Below the pieces are notes generated by a model. It saw only the letters and a program-made list of their open reading frames with translations, searched no databases and had not been told where the DNA came from. Below, piece after piece: positions 48,659-63,600 of a DNA stretch of 64,000 nucleotides. The first letter of the stretch is position 1; every line of letters starts with the position of its first letter. Position numbers and translations under genes: made by a program. Source of the stretch: Phoronis australis (lineage: Eukaryota; Animalia; Phoronida); NCBI GenBank assembly GCA_002633005.1, contig NMRA01000032.1:1230197-1294196 (forward strand). Direction: 5' to 3'.

Positions 48659-51600
48659 TCAGCATTCAAACTCGTTCTGTGTAATGGCGTTTAGGTCTTT
48701 CATCAGGCCTTCTAAGTTGGCCATTTCTGCTGTCAGCTCTTCTGTGCTGTTGGCTCTCTGGAAACAATGATTAGAATCGTGATAAATGCTAACTGCAGAA
48801 AGAAACTGAGTACAGCTGCTATCTCTTCAAAATCAATCACAGCCAAACACCAACGCAAAGCTAACACTTTGCTACAATAGCAGCATCTGAATTCACATGC
48901 AGAACATGTACATAGCAACCAACTTTCACATTCCATTACTATATAGTGCAACAGTAAACAGGGATGAACCTACTAAAAATAAACAGCCTGAGGGTAAAAT
49001 TTTCTCTGCTTAACTAGCTTGTCATTAGTGACTTAGTGAAGATATCACGGCTAAACCATTCAAGACAGACCTCCCACACTTACCCCAAAAGATATCACCA
49101 AAAGATGTCTTCCTCTCATGCGAGATTAGTATTTATCACATACTGATATTAGTAATTGACAGTTAAATTTGCAGAATGGTACATGCTACACAAGCCTTTG
49201 AAAATAAACCATGTGGAACAACGGTGCAGACTGCATTGGGCTGGGATCACAAAGCAATCATAAATGAAGTAGCTTCTACTAGCGATAACAGAGGGCACTT
49301 GTCACATGCCAGGGGCCAGGGGCAGATAATTACCAGTATCCAATGTGTACACGAGGGTGCTAAACGTGAACCAACAGAACTGAATTTTAATTTGCAAACA
49401 AGAAAAAGGAGGTTGATGTGATTTCACAACACCAATATTTTAGGCAACAACTTGCAACCTGTAAGCCATTCTAAGCTCAGATGTTGAAAGAAAACTTTCT
49501 ACTCGTGGGAGAGTGTGCCCAGTTTTGACTTAAGTGTGCTACGCAAGAATTGCAAAGCATGAACAAATATCAAATAGATACGTGGCAAAAGTTTAGAAAT
49601 GGAGCAACATAAGTATTTGAAAAACTATTAATGAAACCCGATCACCAAAGATATTGTAAGACAAAAGTTTGTCACACTCTTAACTACAACAACTATTCAT
49701 ATGCCACCAGTGTATACAACATGACAAACATTTCTCATTCCATTTGAGCCAATGTGGCTAAATAGGTTCTCAACCGGTTCTTAATTTCATAAAAAGAATG
49801 CCAATTGTCTACCAAATAAAAATAGTACTTCAATGCCAACAGAAGACAGTAATCCCAATCTTGGTTTCTTGTTCATCCAATGAATGAATACATTCAGCAA
49901 CACAATCAATTCCATAGTGTACTCCTCTGTTGGTTTTGTTTTCTACAGCGCAATTGAAAATATTTTTATCTGCTACTTGAGAGAAAATTGAGAATTTTTT
50001 CAATTGTAAAAATGAAATTGTTTTTTTTTGCAACAAAAATGTGTGCTTCCCAACAACAAAAAGTAGACAAGTTAAATATCTAATCAATCGACTCACCACA
50101 CAGGAGTGAGATAGGGCAAGGAAAGGAACAATACTTTAAGGGTCGCACAACCGATTTCAACAGTTTCCACAGATTGGTAAACAGTACTCATACTCTGCAG
50201 CCAGCAAAAGTGATGGACCAAAACGAGATGCAAAATGGCAACATGAAATTTTTGCTACTTAGTTTTACATAATCAGGTACAGAAAAAGTCACATAAACTA
50301 GACATGCAAAAGTCAGATTTTCACTTAACTCGGACAAAATTCAGCAAAATATGGTGAGTTTTACCATAATTCATATATTCAAACGATGACTCATAACTGA
50401 GTTTCACAACTGCAAGTAATTCTGCATAGGAATGCGTCATGGAATTGATTGAGCTGTTTACACATGACATACGAACACGGAGATCATACGACAGTCTCGC
50501 GTGTCATCCCACCTGTATTTCCATTTCCTCCTTGCCTTGCATCGTCACGTCCGGTGCCCGTGGCATCACCACAGGTAGCGGCGGCTTGCTCTGTACTGCG
50601 CCGCTGGGCGGCACGCCCTGCGATGAGGAGGAGGACGCTTTCCTATAGGGGCTCATTAGTGGAGGCTGAGGCTTGACTACAAAGCAAGAAGTTAACAGGG
50701 GTTACCGCCGAGGTCAGACAGTAAGCAGGCACAGATCGTTTGGCGGGGCACAGTCAGTGCTCACGTCACTGTACAGTTTGGCAGCCGAGACATAGCAGCA
50801 AACAGACGGATGTACAGAGAGCCTCTTACCCATGCGTTTAGCTTGACTTGGCATGACAAAGACAAGTACACATCAACAGGCCAGTTACTAAGTATAGGAC
50901 ACATGATGGTATGTAGGAATACCAGCACCTTAATCGTTACCCCAGCACGACTGTATACATTGACTGACATGCATGGACAAGCAAACACTGGAGTACAGTG
51001 AATCGCATTCTCATTTGTTTCGACTACAATATCCAATGCAAAAAGCCAAGACCCACTAAACAACTACCATTTATTAATTGATGTATGGCAACAGTTGTGT
51101 GTTGATGCAAGGGCACAGCAGTCCAGTATCAAATCACTATGTACATGGAAAAGGGAGATCGAGCAATTGTTTTTCGAAAGAGAGCCATGCACTCCATAAA
51201 CTTCCAAAGAACTATCCAACAGAAATTAAAAAAAAAATTATTTCGCCAAGTAATAAACACAAAAACTGTACATCCATTCATAACCAGTCCAGTAAAATTG
51301 CTATGGTAGAGGGGTAAGGCACTTGACATAAAAAATGTGAATGGTTGTGTTCAGAACAAATACAACATAATACATTACTGATTACTAGTGCTTTTTAATA
51401 CAAAAATTGTCAAGGTGGGTATTGTCGCATGTCCTAAGCAACAAAGTACGCATGCACCAAACCACATGTGTACTAGTTACATCCTAACACAGTACAACAC
51501 CATAACTGATCGATTCTGCTGGCACGACCAGTACGACTTATGAAATTCAAGTATACTGCTTTAAAGACCAAATGTAATTGAGAGAGGAGGCAGTGTGGCC

Positions 51601-54600
51601 TAGTGGGTCGAGTGTCCCCTCCTGTTCTCAAGGTTGTGTGTTCAAATTCCACTGGAACCCACTACTAGACCTTTGAGTCAGGTCGCTAGCTCCTCAGCTT
51701 GGTCTGGATTTGTGTATGTGTCTATGCGTGTTATATGTGTATGTTAATAAGTGATAATGGTCTCAAGTGTTTGGTACAATGTGCCTGGCTGAGTGGCCTG
51801 TGCACGTCTGGTGAAACGTGTATCAGACAACCTGCACTATTTTGTAATTAAAATTGCATTCCGTTGTAATTTAAAAAATATTGGTGATGATTTAGGGAGT
51901 ACAACAAGTGTCTCTCCTTCTGTATGGATTTTACTGGAATAAGCCTATAAAGTGGACCTAGGATATTATGACATGAGCTCAACCATCAACTCCAAGTGAC
52001 TGACACTCGGAAGCCTTTTTCTGGTATGCTTTTTTCAAATCTTGTTCGCCAATCATTTAATTGTACACAATAACAATCAGAACGACGGAATAACTAATTC
52101 CAAGAAATAATTGATAGTACAGATTACGATTATAAACTTGATAGAAATGGCACAGAAACGTTTTGAAGCAGTTTCAATCACACAAAAGCAGTTGATGTTC
52201 AGTCACACAGGATTATGCTCGTTAGTTACTTTCCCTAAATTCGAAAATCAGTTGAGAGTGATCCTACCAATGTGCTTAGGCGTGGGAGTAGTTGGCACAC
52301 TGCCAGAGGGAGGACCAGGCACTGAGAAGCTCTTGAGTGGGTGCACCGGCCGCGGACCCTTATCACTGCCGAGGGTGGACGCAGGAGAGCCACAGTACTT
52401 CTCTTCTGCTGGTGACTGGGGTCCTGTAAAGGGTGGAGGTTAAAGGTTAAAGGTTTAGTTGAAGCATGAGGGTGCAACACAGGAGAAACTGTGAGGTGAT
52501 GTCAATTTGGAGGGAAATATTAACAGCCACACAGCACATATTTGGTTATAATTGATAAGAAACACAGGTCAAGAGATCCTTCCTTGAACGTGTGGTACAG
52601 TCATAGATTGCCTGGGCCCACGGTCTAAACTTTTGTACTCGAGATTGAAATTTTTTACGTTCTCCTTTAATGACATGAGGATAAGTTTCTATTTTTCTAC
52701 ACTCAAGTATATCGTTTATATTGCTGAGTGTCTAGTCCACGTTCTCACTTGATGACCCCTCGATTCGAGTCATCAAGTACAAACCAGGATTTGACAGTCG
52801 TCTCTATAAACCATAGTGTACTCCAGCACAGAGTAGCTGACACTTGAATTCGCACAAAAGTAGACCGGAAAATGTCAAAAATAATTCCAAGCTCCATTTT
52901 GAGTACAAATATTAGACCCGGGTCCTGGTGAGCAGGTCTGTGATAGATGGTCATACATATCCTTAAGACGATGCATAAAATGACAAAAACAATTCCAGAC
53001 TGATCTTCAGACAAGAAAGAAAATAATACCAATGAGTACAAAGGTCATGAAAAGGTTATGAATACACACAGTGAGAACGTAATGTGCAGATACGATTTCA
53101 CCAGTTCTGCACACCAAACAGGCTACTCTCGACTTGCACATCTGTTTAATGGTTATAGTTTACTTTGACAGCATGACACGAGTCATTTCCCACACAACAG
53201 CAAAAAGCAAATTCAATCACAAGTTGAAATCCAATGCAAGAAGACACACAAGACTGTTAGGGCAAGAAAAAGGTTATAAAAGCTCTATTCTGTGTTCAGT
53301 AACAAAAAAAAAAAATTCAAGGCACAAAGAAAACTCCGTCTAAAGAACACACTAATTACAGAAATGCGAAAATACACTTCAAGTAAACCAAGAGCTTGAA
53401 AGAGGACACTGGAGAACTATAGGGGACGTGGAGACAAAAAACGTTCTCAGCAAATATCTAGGTTCATCCTATTTCGTACAAATTACAACTTCATAATCGG
53501 TTAATGTTTCATTCTTCATCAAAGATACAAATAACCATAAAATTAGTTTCATTGTGAGAATTTTAGATAAAAAAATCAATATTCACCATCTTGCACGTCA
53601 TTTTGAGATTTCCTGTCTCAAAAAGACTGCATTTCTCAATCTGGTGTCATTTTAGACATTTGGTCAATGCGCATTTCAAACCATTGGTATAGACATTTTG
53701 TAAGGTAGCATTCAGCATTGACTATGGTGTCAAACAAGTTAGATTTATTAGCAGTTTAAGAGGCAGAAAAACTTGGACATACGAGGAAACTATTTCTGCT
53801 GCCGTGTATATCATAACTAGCACCCGAGCCAGGGAATGTGGTATTTGACATCATGGAAGAGCAAAAGTTGCTCCGATATTTTGTATTGTGAGTAGTGGCC
53901 ATAAATAATCCCTGCATAACAAGCACGGCAGGATAACAAAGTTGCTTTGACCAGCGTCTTTAGATCATCTCTCCTGCCTCTTAGTCATAACAAGCAAGGC
54001 AAGGTTAACAGTTGCTGTGATCTTAGCAGACAAAGTTACCAGCAGTGGCTATAGATAAACTCTACTGCCATGTATATCGTTACTAACAAAGCAGGGCTAA
54101 CAGTTGCTGTGATCTTAGCAGACGTGTTATGAGCAAAGGCTATAGATCATTTCTACTGCCCTTTAATCATAACTAACAGAGCAGGGTTAACAGTTGCTAA
54201 GACCTCAGCAGACGTGTTATGAGCAGAGGCTATAGATCATTTCTACTGCCCTTTAGTCACAACAGAGCAGGTTTATCAGCTAGTGCTATCTCAGCAGACG
54301 TGCGTTATGATCAGCGGCTTACTTATTGGCTCAGCAAACTGCGGAGGGCATCTCTTGATGGTTCCCATGCGATCAAGCGAGTCATCGGAGGGGGCCTCTG
54401 TAACAACATGCAGAGAGAGACAGGGGTGACATGCGGGTCTATCACAACACAGGTTCATAGGCAGACAGCACAGGCTGGAGAGAAACTATAACAGGAGTGC
54501 TGGGGTCTGTTTAATGAAAAGTGATTTGAGACTTAAGATTATGTAGGACTGTACATTTAGCCAAATATCTACAAGACTATAGACTTTAACTCATTAGAAA

Positions 54601-57600
54601 TTTATATTTTCTGAAAGAAATTTCATTCAAGTCGATTATTGACTTTATACGAATCTGTCACTAATTAGATCATGTCACCATACCTTTTTAGGAAAATTTA
54701 GTGAAAAAGAAAGGTACATTCATAAAAAAAACAACAGTATCCATAATATGACCAAAATTCGTATGATATAAATATTCAAGATAAAATTTCCAAAATGCTG
54801 TCACAGGTTTCTAAATTACCATTTCGTTTTTTATGCAACTTTAATTTTTTTCAAAAAATCATGCAAGTCTAATTTTTGATAGCCCCTCATGCAAAAGTAG
54901 AACGTAGTAAAAATAACTCCTAATAGCTTTTTGAAGAACAGTGTATAAAGCACACTATCTTAAATTTTCATGTGAATCCGAGAAGCTGCTTCAGAGATAT
55001 GATGTTCCGAAGTTGGTCAAAATTGGACATTTTCCTGGGCCCTACATAATGTTAAGCCAGAAATTTAGTCTAACCACCCACGTCACAATTACTAAATACA
55101 GGTTAAACCATGTAACTATTATTATATCATAGCCTAGATAAGTTAAACAAATCATCTCAGTGACTAGCTCCTAAGTGTATATACTCAAAGACTTTGTAGT
55201 TTTACTAATTATATGAAAGAAAGATTAATCTATTTTTCATAAACGGTTGTGTGGAGCGTTAGACAAGATTTCTGACCTAAGTCTTGCGTCACTTTTCTGG
55301 ACATAGGGAAAAAAAGGAACTCTGACTAACACTAACTCTTCAGTAATATCGCACAATAAAAATTGCCCGAACTGTAATTTTTTAATTTATCAAGTTGATT
55401 ACCTCGCCACGAACAAACACATTTTATTTGGTACTGTTTAATGATGATAGGCTACTAGTCATGCCAATAACAGACCAAAAATAAAAACACTTCACGTTTA
55501 TTTTTGGACAGAAATTTGCCGAAATGAAATTCCACATTGCGTGTTAAATAAGCGAGGAAGTTGGGAGAGCAGTATTATCACGGTGCACTATACACAGACC
55601 GAGGACAAGACAGGAAGGAGTAGAGAAATAACCATTACAGAACTAGGTCTACGATGTGCTCCAGAAGAACACACTAGGCTATTCAAGAGGAAATGAAACA
55701 AAAGGGGGACATTTTCAATTAAAAGCGTAAATATCGAGGCGATGATCCTTCAAGTGAACAAAAAAATACAGAGCACAGCATTGCAAATGGTGATTTTTTT
55801 ATGGACCTGGTTTTTTGACATTAACAATAAAATAATTTACGTTAAAAACCTTCAGAAATTCCTCACTGTAGTTGACAACAAAAAAGCATCCTCAAAGGAA
55901 AGCAGAGAAGGGTCAGAGTTCATCTTGCATAACACTCACCTTTTGGTTAACATTACACTTGTTGCTACTGGCATTCATATAAATGCCATGCTATTACCTA
56001 GCGAACGAAATTAGTCAACAAGCTTATCCAACCCACCCTACTGAATCAGCAACTAACATACTACCAGAACTTCAAAACTAGTCAGTTCATATTTACCAGA
56101 ACTAGGTAGCGAGTTCTCCGCCCCCTGCACGCGTGGGGTAGCGCTGTAAAGATTGGCCGAGGTGAACGGTGGCCTTGGGTACGCGGATCGGCCTTGCTGA
56201 GTGTCCGACAAGATGTGACCGTTGGGAATGGCAGTAGCCGTGGCGATGGCTGCAACATGCATTAGTTTCCAATATGGATACATGTCAAAAGAACACAATG
56301 ACGTCTTGGAATCATTACACGTGTTCAACATAAACAAGTGGTACAACAAGAATGCTTTGCTTCTCATGTATGACATGGACTCGAACAAAAATGACACATT
56401 TTACGGTAGTAAAAACAAAATTAACATAAACACAGTTTCATCGTATGGAAAACATATTCTTTAATGTCACTGGGAAAAAGTAACAGTGATAATTACAACT
56501 TTTCGTCCAACATGAGGGAAACACATTTTTCCTAACTAAAAACAAACACACCAAGACAATGTGGCAAATGACATTTTTCGACAACAGCAAAAATGAAATC
56601 GATTCAAAATAAGGATAAAAAGCAGCTAATGTGATTCTATTACGCTCACTACTGTACGAAGCGATACATAATGGTATGCCAAGTACTGTGCCGAGATCAA
56701 TAGCAGCAAAACATACCAAAAAACACAGAGAAACTTAAACATTGTTTATAAACAACTAAGCGGAAACTTATTGAATGCGCAGAGAAAAAATAAACTTATA
56801 AGATACCAAATGCTTAAGTAAAATAGAAAAAGCGAGTATAACATTTTAGCCAATAAAAGATGAAATAAAAAATAAAACAAATCCCGTTGCGTGTTGTTGC
56901 TTGCTAAGAGCTGAAGTGTGCATAAGCCGGGACTTACGGTGAAGAGGCTGTGAGTCGACGGGGAACATGATCGGTTTGGCGCGGTGGCGCCGCGGGTAGC
57001 GGTCGTCGTCCTGAGAACTGTGGCTGGAGTACGCGCTATCGGCTGTGTGCAAGGAAAACATGGTGTGCATTTACTATGTGCAACGTGAACGCAAGCGATC
57101 AGTGACAGCCGGCGGAAAACGGTGGCAGATACCGTCTCTTGAGGGGACCACAATAGCAAGTTTCATCTGTACACTTTTGATCAACAGAATGTTTGCTGTA
57201 TGGCCCTGAGAAAATGAGTCTTGCAAGACTGGCACATGAAGATTAGCATCTTCGCATTTCTTTACAAAAAGCCAAGACGAGCCAAATTCAGTTACCACGC
57301 TAACTGTTTACGGAATTTCCAGTTTTAAATTGGTTACAGACCAGAATTAAGATGCTTGCCTTTTCAGTAAACTCTGCAACTTCATGAGTCGCCGCCTTAA
57401 TAAAAGAACCAACAGGGGGGTCCATAAACTTTCACTTCTGATCTCTTCCACGGTCATGTGATTAGTACGTCACAATTGAAACGTTTGAAGAGGGGTGTGA
57501 ATTTTATGACTACTGATGTGAATTTATTCAGAACTTGATAAAACGGCTGCAGAGGGCAAAGAGACATAATCGCTAGGCAACAAAGACAACATTAACAAGA

Positions 57601-60600
57601 AGCCGGCAGCCACTGCGTTCACGTTCATGTTTAGAGCAAAACAATAAATAACTCATAAACAGAAAGTCAACTGATAAAGGGTAAACAAGATGAACTCATA
57701 ACTATGGAAGTGTGTGAACAACAAGTCTCTAGCTGTGAGCGGTCAGTCACAACATTCTTGAGATATTTACCCTTAGCTCGGTCGCGATGGAACAGGGGAC
57801 GCGTTTCTATGGTTGCAAAACAAAGAATCACATGATCACGCCTAAATTCATTTTCAAAACTTCCGAACAACAGGTTACAGGAATCTGATTGAAAAAGACT
57901 CTTACATTTAAATCGACAAATAAAATGCACAATACTGTATAAAATGAAATGTTTTAACTCAAAACAGGACATCGCACACAAACACACACACATTAAGGAA
58001 ATAACAAAAAAACATGGAAAATCCCTGATCTTGATCACCCAATACGCCACAGTCAATTGCCATACACACCAACTGACTCTAGTAAACGTCAGGTCAACAG
58101 CTACTGTGATATAATTTCCACCTGCCTCACTTCTGACCAAGCCAATCATGAGCCCAGTATCCTTAATCAAACTAGTTTCCCAAGATTTACTTAAACAAGT
58201 CCAGCTGCATGTATGCTCCAAGCGTTCGCAAATCTCCATCCATGTATTAGTGCAATAGACAGTGACTTTGAAATCCCAATTTTGATTTGCTGGCCTTGAA
58301 CTCCACAACATCTTATTCTGCATGACACACCATGAACAGCAGATGCTCAAAGACCCACCCATCCACCCACCAGCACCCACTAACACATCAACACGCAAAG
58401 TTTGGCTCCAGTCAAGACTATTCCACTTACTGAGGAACGAGTTGCGTCGTCTGTCCATCACCATGGGGTCGTCGGGGTCACGGAGGGGCTTGAGCTCTTC
58501 CTGTGAGCCGCGCCTCATGGGAGCCACACTCATCATCTGGTCCGGATGATTCGGTTTGTCCGTCGCCTTCATCTCAATCTGCTCATGGTGGATCCACAGG
58601 TCGGGTGGGTTTATGTCCTTGGGGCCGTGTTTACCTGGTTTGTTCTTGCTGTTACCAACCTTGTAGTTGGAGCCATTGTTTCTGGAAGAAACATAAGGGG
58701 GAGTGGTCACGTAGGGGCAACAGAGTGGTCATGTAGGGGCAACAGCACAGGGTCCCCTGCTATCACTGATACTCTCATGCACCTTGGCCCGTTTTATCAA
58801 AGGTCGAAAATCTGGTCATAGAAATGACGGTTGTAGGGACGTTTTTGAGATGGTGAGACTGGAAGTGGCACGAGTGAAAACAATTGTTGAACCTAATCAA
58901 GGTTCACAATCACGCTGAGTGCCCAATTTCGTAACCACCGTGGTTGGGGGTTTTGACAAAACAGGGCCCAAGGCTGATAAAAGAGCAACGATACTCGACT
59001 TAAGCCAACAATTGCCGAATGTGAAATACCAACAAAGGAAACGTACAGCCAAATTTTCTAAAAACTCAACAACACGAAAGTCATGAATTCAATGGACAGA
59101 AAAGAAATGTTATACCTCATTTTAATAACAATTTTACTTAAAAATAATCTAAGAAACATTAGAATATTAAGACAAGTAATGGTTCCAAACCTAAGCCAAC
59201 ACTCTCCAGCCTTATCCACCAATCTGATAAACCAAGGACCAAAGGCCACCGAACTTCAATTAAGACTAGACACAAAAATTGACGAATCATGTGGCATGCT
59301 TCGAGTAAACTCTCTTATTTCATGCCACGTGATTAGGACTGTTTTCCGGTCACATCTCCCAACAAGACATACGAACGTCCACGCTAACCTCCATTACCCC
59401 TCACTATTCTGCCCATTCCAGTCACCCATTCGTGTCCCACCACACAATGGTCTCCAACTCCAGCTCAGCTCCTTTTTCTGTCTTACCGTGCCTGTCGCTT
59501 GCTGCTGTCCGCACTGTAGTGGCGGCGGCACATGACACCAACAAAGACAATGATGGCAATGACCAGAACACCGGCTACAACGGCTATGATGATCCACATG
59601 GTGTTGGACGAAATCCCGCCCTGGCCACCGTCCCCGCCCTCGTTGCCGGAACTGTTGGCTCTGCTCGCGTCACCCTCGCCAACATCTGCAACATTCACGC
59701 ATCATCAGCAAACGAGGAAATGCATGATTTCAAATGACAACAAACAACTAAGAGCTTATTTTAGCTGTCCAATGGAGTAACTAGGGACAAAAGCTTGTTT
59801 TTGTAATTGCTTTGTGAAGAACTTCAAAAACTTTGTGCGGCAAAGGCACACGCGTGTTAAGTGACCTTGTACGCGAGACAATATAAACATGCCGTTGCAA
59901 TAACACGGTCATAGTTGAATAATAACGTTAGATTTCGGAGTCTGACTAATTAAAATATGAGACCAGTGAGTAATCTGAGACAAAAAGATTTGCCGGGAGA
60001 AAGAGATATTCTTGTTATTCTCGATTTAAGAGGAAAGCATTACTTTGTAAATGAGCAATTTAGAATTTCCAACGCCATATTGTTAATGATAATGTTTAAA
60101 AATATTCCTTTTACAGAGTCTCAAATTAACGCAGATTTGACACGGGTCCTATATACTTACCTTCAGTGCCTTCAGGGTTGTATTTAGGGGGCTTGCCATT
60201 GGGCTTATTATAGGTGCCGGATGGTGTATGGATGGGTCCTCCCCCAGTACCATCGGCTGAAACAATGAACAAGAAGGCGTTACAATACATTGATTTACCA
60301 CCAACATTTCTTGTGTTGTGCTTATGAACACTTGCACTGGCATATACACGACTGTAAACGTGACTGTTCCAAATGTTTCGATTGCATTTTTCTTGATATA
60401 CTAAGGACCGGAAACAACCCTTCATTAAGTTGTCAATTTAGCAATATGCCACTCTACTTAATAAGTGATGATCACAATTTGTCCACATCAAGGTGACTAC
60501 ATTTCCATCCTAGGTCTCTCTCACCAGATGTAAGGGTACACAAATTTCGGCAAAATTTATCTAGCTTCACTGAGGTTACAGTCAAAAGCCGGAGGGAAAC

Positions 60601-63600
60601 CATGACGAAAATTCTCACTAAATCATTCGTAAGCAAGCTGAGAATTTATTTTCTTCAAAATTTCGCTGATATTTTGACAAGAGATGATGGTTTTGTCAAC
60701 CTCTTTGAAAATTTACCAAACCTTCTGTATCGCTTTAAAAACAAAAAGTCAGACATTCATGCAAAGATAGATCTGACTGCTACCATGAACAGCTTGTCAA
60801 TCAAGGCTGATAAATGAAATGGCCGAGTTAAACAACACGTCTTTAAGAAAACTTGCAGCTGTAACGCTCTGAAAGATGAATCAGTATAAAGCACTAAAAT
60901 ACAGGCCAAAAATAATCAGACAAAATGATCCGCAAAGCCTCTCATGACGGCTGTGCGCTGGCAAAATTCGTTACAATGAAATGACCTATCATGTTGGAAA
61001 AACGTAATTGTGTCTGAGAACTCTCGGCGTATAACTGAGGCATGCAGTTACCTCTTGGTGTCCTGTAGATGACAGTGGCTGAGTATGGCCCGTAGCCCTT
61101 GGCGTTGCGTGCGTTCATCTTGAAGTAGTATGTTGTGTCCGGGGTCAGGGAATGTATGACTTTGTTCAACTTGTTGCCCAGCACGGCCTCCACGGCCCAG
61201 TGTTGAACATCAAGCGTGTTGTCCGTAGTGTAGATGATGACGTAACCTACAAAAGATGGAGGAATACACATAAGTAAAATCTTTCAAGGTAGCTTAGACA
61301 TTCACAAAGATATTCTAAGGAAACTTTAGACTTATCTTGCTCATAAAGATATTCCAATCAGATTAAGGGCTTACACATAGCCATGTTCTTGAGGTATTCC
61401 ATAGAGAGCTTCACACTTTAACTTGGTCCTAAACATACCCCAAGAAGACAGTAACTCGATTCTAAATGTATAAAAAAGAGAACCAAGGCACCAGCTTGGT
61501 TCTACAGGGGGCGCTGTTTCTCAAAGATTTTATTGTCTTTTGACTTTTCGGTACAAATCATTCTACAGATGGCTCAGCCTACTAGGGGGATAAGTCAGAC
61601 AATCTGTCTACAACTTGAAGACAAAAGACAGAAACCCTAGGTCAAAACAACAACAATAACAATAACAAAAACCTTTTGACTACAGACACTTCCAGAAACA
61701 GATCCCAGCTATCTAAAGAAAAACTTGGACAATAACTTGACATGTTCCAAATGTATCCCAATGTTAACTTTGATGCTAAATTGTTCCAAGAAGAGTCAGG
61801 TACCAAGTTAGACAAGAGGTATCCCAAGGAGGGTTTAAATATTAACAGGCTCCAAAAGGTATGTTGATTTCCATGTAAATACATCTACAAAAACAATGTT
61901 TTAACTATTAATTATTTTATTGGTGAGAGATTGAGACACTACAAATGGTCTATAGAACAGCCAACTGACAAAAACGCGTTTCGATTTCTTCCTATTTATG
62001 TGTATTGCCAATTTATTTATGAATTCTGTTTTCCTTTTAATAATGCAAGTGCTTGACTTAAAACTGTGAGTGGAAATACTTTTAAATTAACAAAAAATAA
62101 ACCTGTTAGTGCAACAGTGTTAATGATTAGAACAGGTTAAAGAAATGTATACGCACACAGCGACAAGTTACAGGCCCTTTGCAAACTAATACAGAAGCCT
62201 GGTAAAAAAATTCAAGTACCAGAGATGACCAGTTAGTGACCAACAACGTCACAAAGCATGCCGCATGCTATTTAGACTTGACCACAGCGCATTTAAATTC
62301 TCTGCAAAAGGGGGCAAACCAACAAAGTAAATTCTAAACGACAGAAACTGGACACTTTAAAGTCTGTATAATCGGTTGCGCTAGTTTTGCAAATTCGGGA
62401 CAAGACAAACAAAAACGTAACAAAAAGTTAAAACACAATTAAGGTCAGCGCTTGCTACACAACTCAAGTCGAAATAAAATCATGAAACAAAGTAAACGGA
62501 AACGGGGTCAAGGCAATTAGGCGTAACTCAAGTGTGAGGGCTTTGTGGCCCCATGAGAGTGCGTGGTATACCTGTGATGTTTTCTGTGAACAAGCGGCAA
62601 AGTAAGAGAAAGAAAGCCACATGAAATTAAGCACAATGCATTACAAATTCATTGGGTAACAAAGCACGGTCGAATTAAAGGGGCACTTGAGGTAACTAAA
62701 CACCTCGGGTACCAAGATTCACAGTTCTTCAACCATCTTTAAATGAACCCACGAAATCCTTGTTTTGCATAATCTTGGTGATCACACAAATGCAATAAAT
62801 GAATGGACAACTACAGTAAAGTGAACATGTTTTTCACTCGAGATATGAAACAGAGACCAGTGTAACTTCCACAGATACAAAAATCTGCTAACGAAACTAA
62901 TTCTGTTCCTCTATTCCACTACCTTGCAAAGCAGTGAGAGGACTTTACTATGGAAGCCTACTTAGGCAGTTTGTAAGGCAAATTCGTCACAGAATGCTGA
63001 AGCCTGCTTTGTAATCTAACAACATTTCGGAGAAATTCAACACAAAGAAATCTGGACTGAAATGAAGGCAGGAACTCATCAGAGCCATTCAACGTCAAAG
63101 ACTTTGCAATTATTTGGGAACATATGAATAGTCATGAGGCCATAAAAAGGAAAAAAAATCTGTCGGTAGAGAAAGCTGTAAATTTCAACTATATAATTTG
63201 ACTTCACTTGGCACGTTCAATGAATGAGCATGCTGTAGGGATTCTTATTCAAGCTTTCTCATTCAGTTCAGTCCAGATTTAGCACCAAAGCACAACCGCA
63301 CAAGTGGGAACTGCTGTGCACTATAAGCGATAACCAAAACGTATAAGAGACACACAGACTGGAATTTGACCTACCTGTGACCTGGCCGTTGGCGTTACGA
63401 GGAGGCTGCCAGTTGAGCTGCACGATCGTGGCACCGTGGGATACAGGAGTGACGTCCCTGGGGGCACTCTGGGGAGCTGTAATGTGTGGGGCATAACATT
63501 AACTAAAGGTACCACCAAAAATGCATGCAATATCTAACCACAACACAACACACGAGACAGTTACTTGTAACAGACGTAACCAACGTTTTGAGTTCACATA

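Noticed and set aside
57667-58710. 347-aa ORF as an independent gene
   Set aside because: Only 58681-58431 is neogenin P1 exon sequence; the rest is chance read-through past a strong GTAAGT donor.
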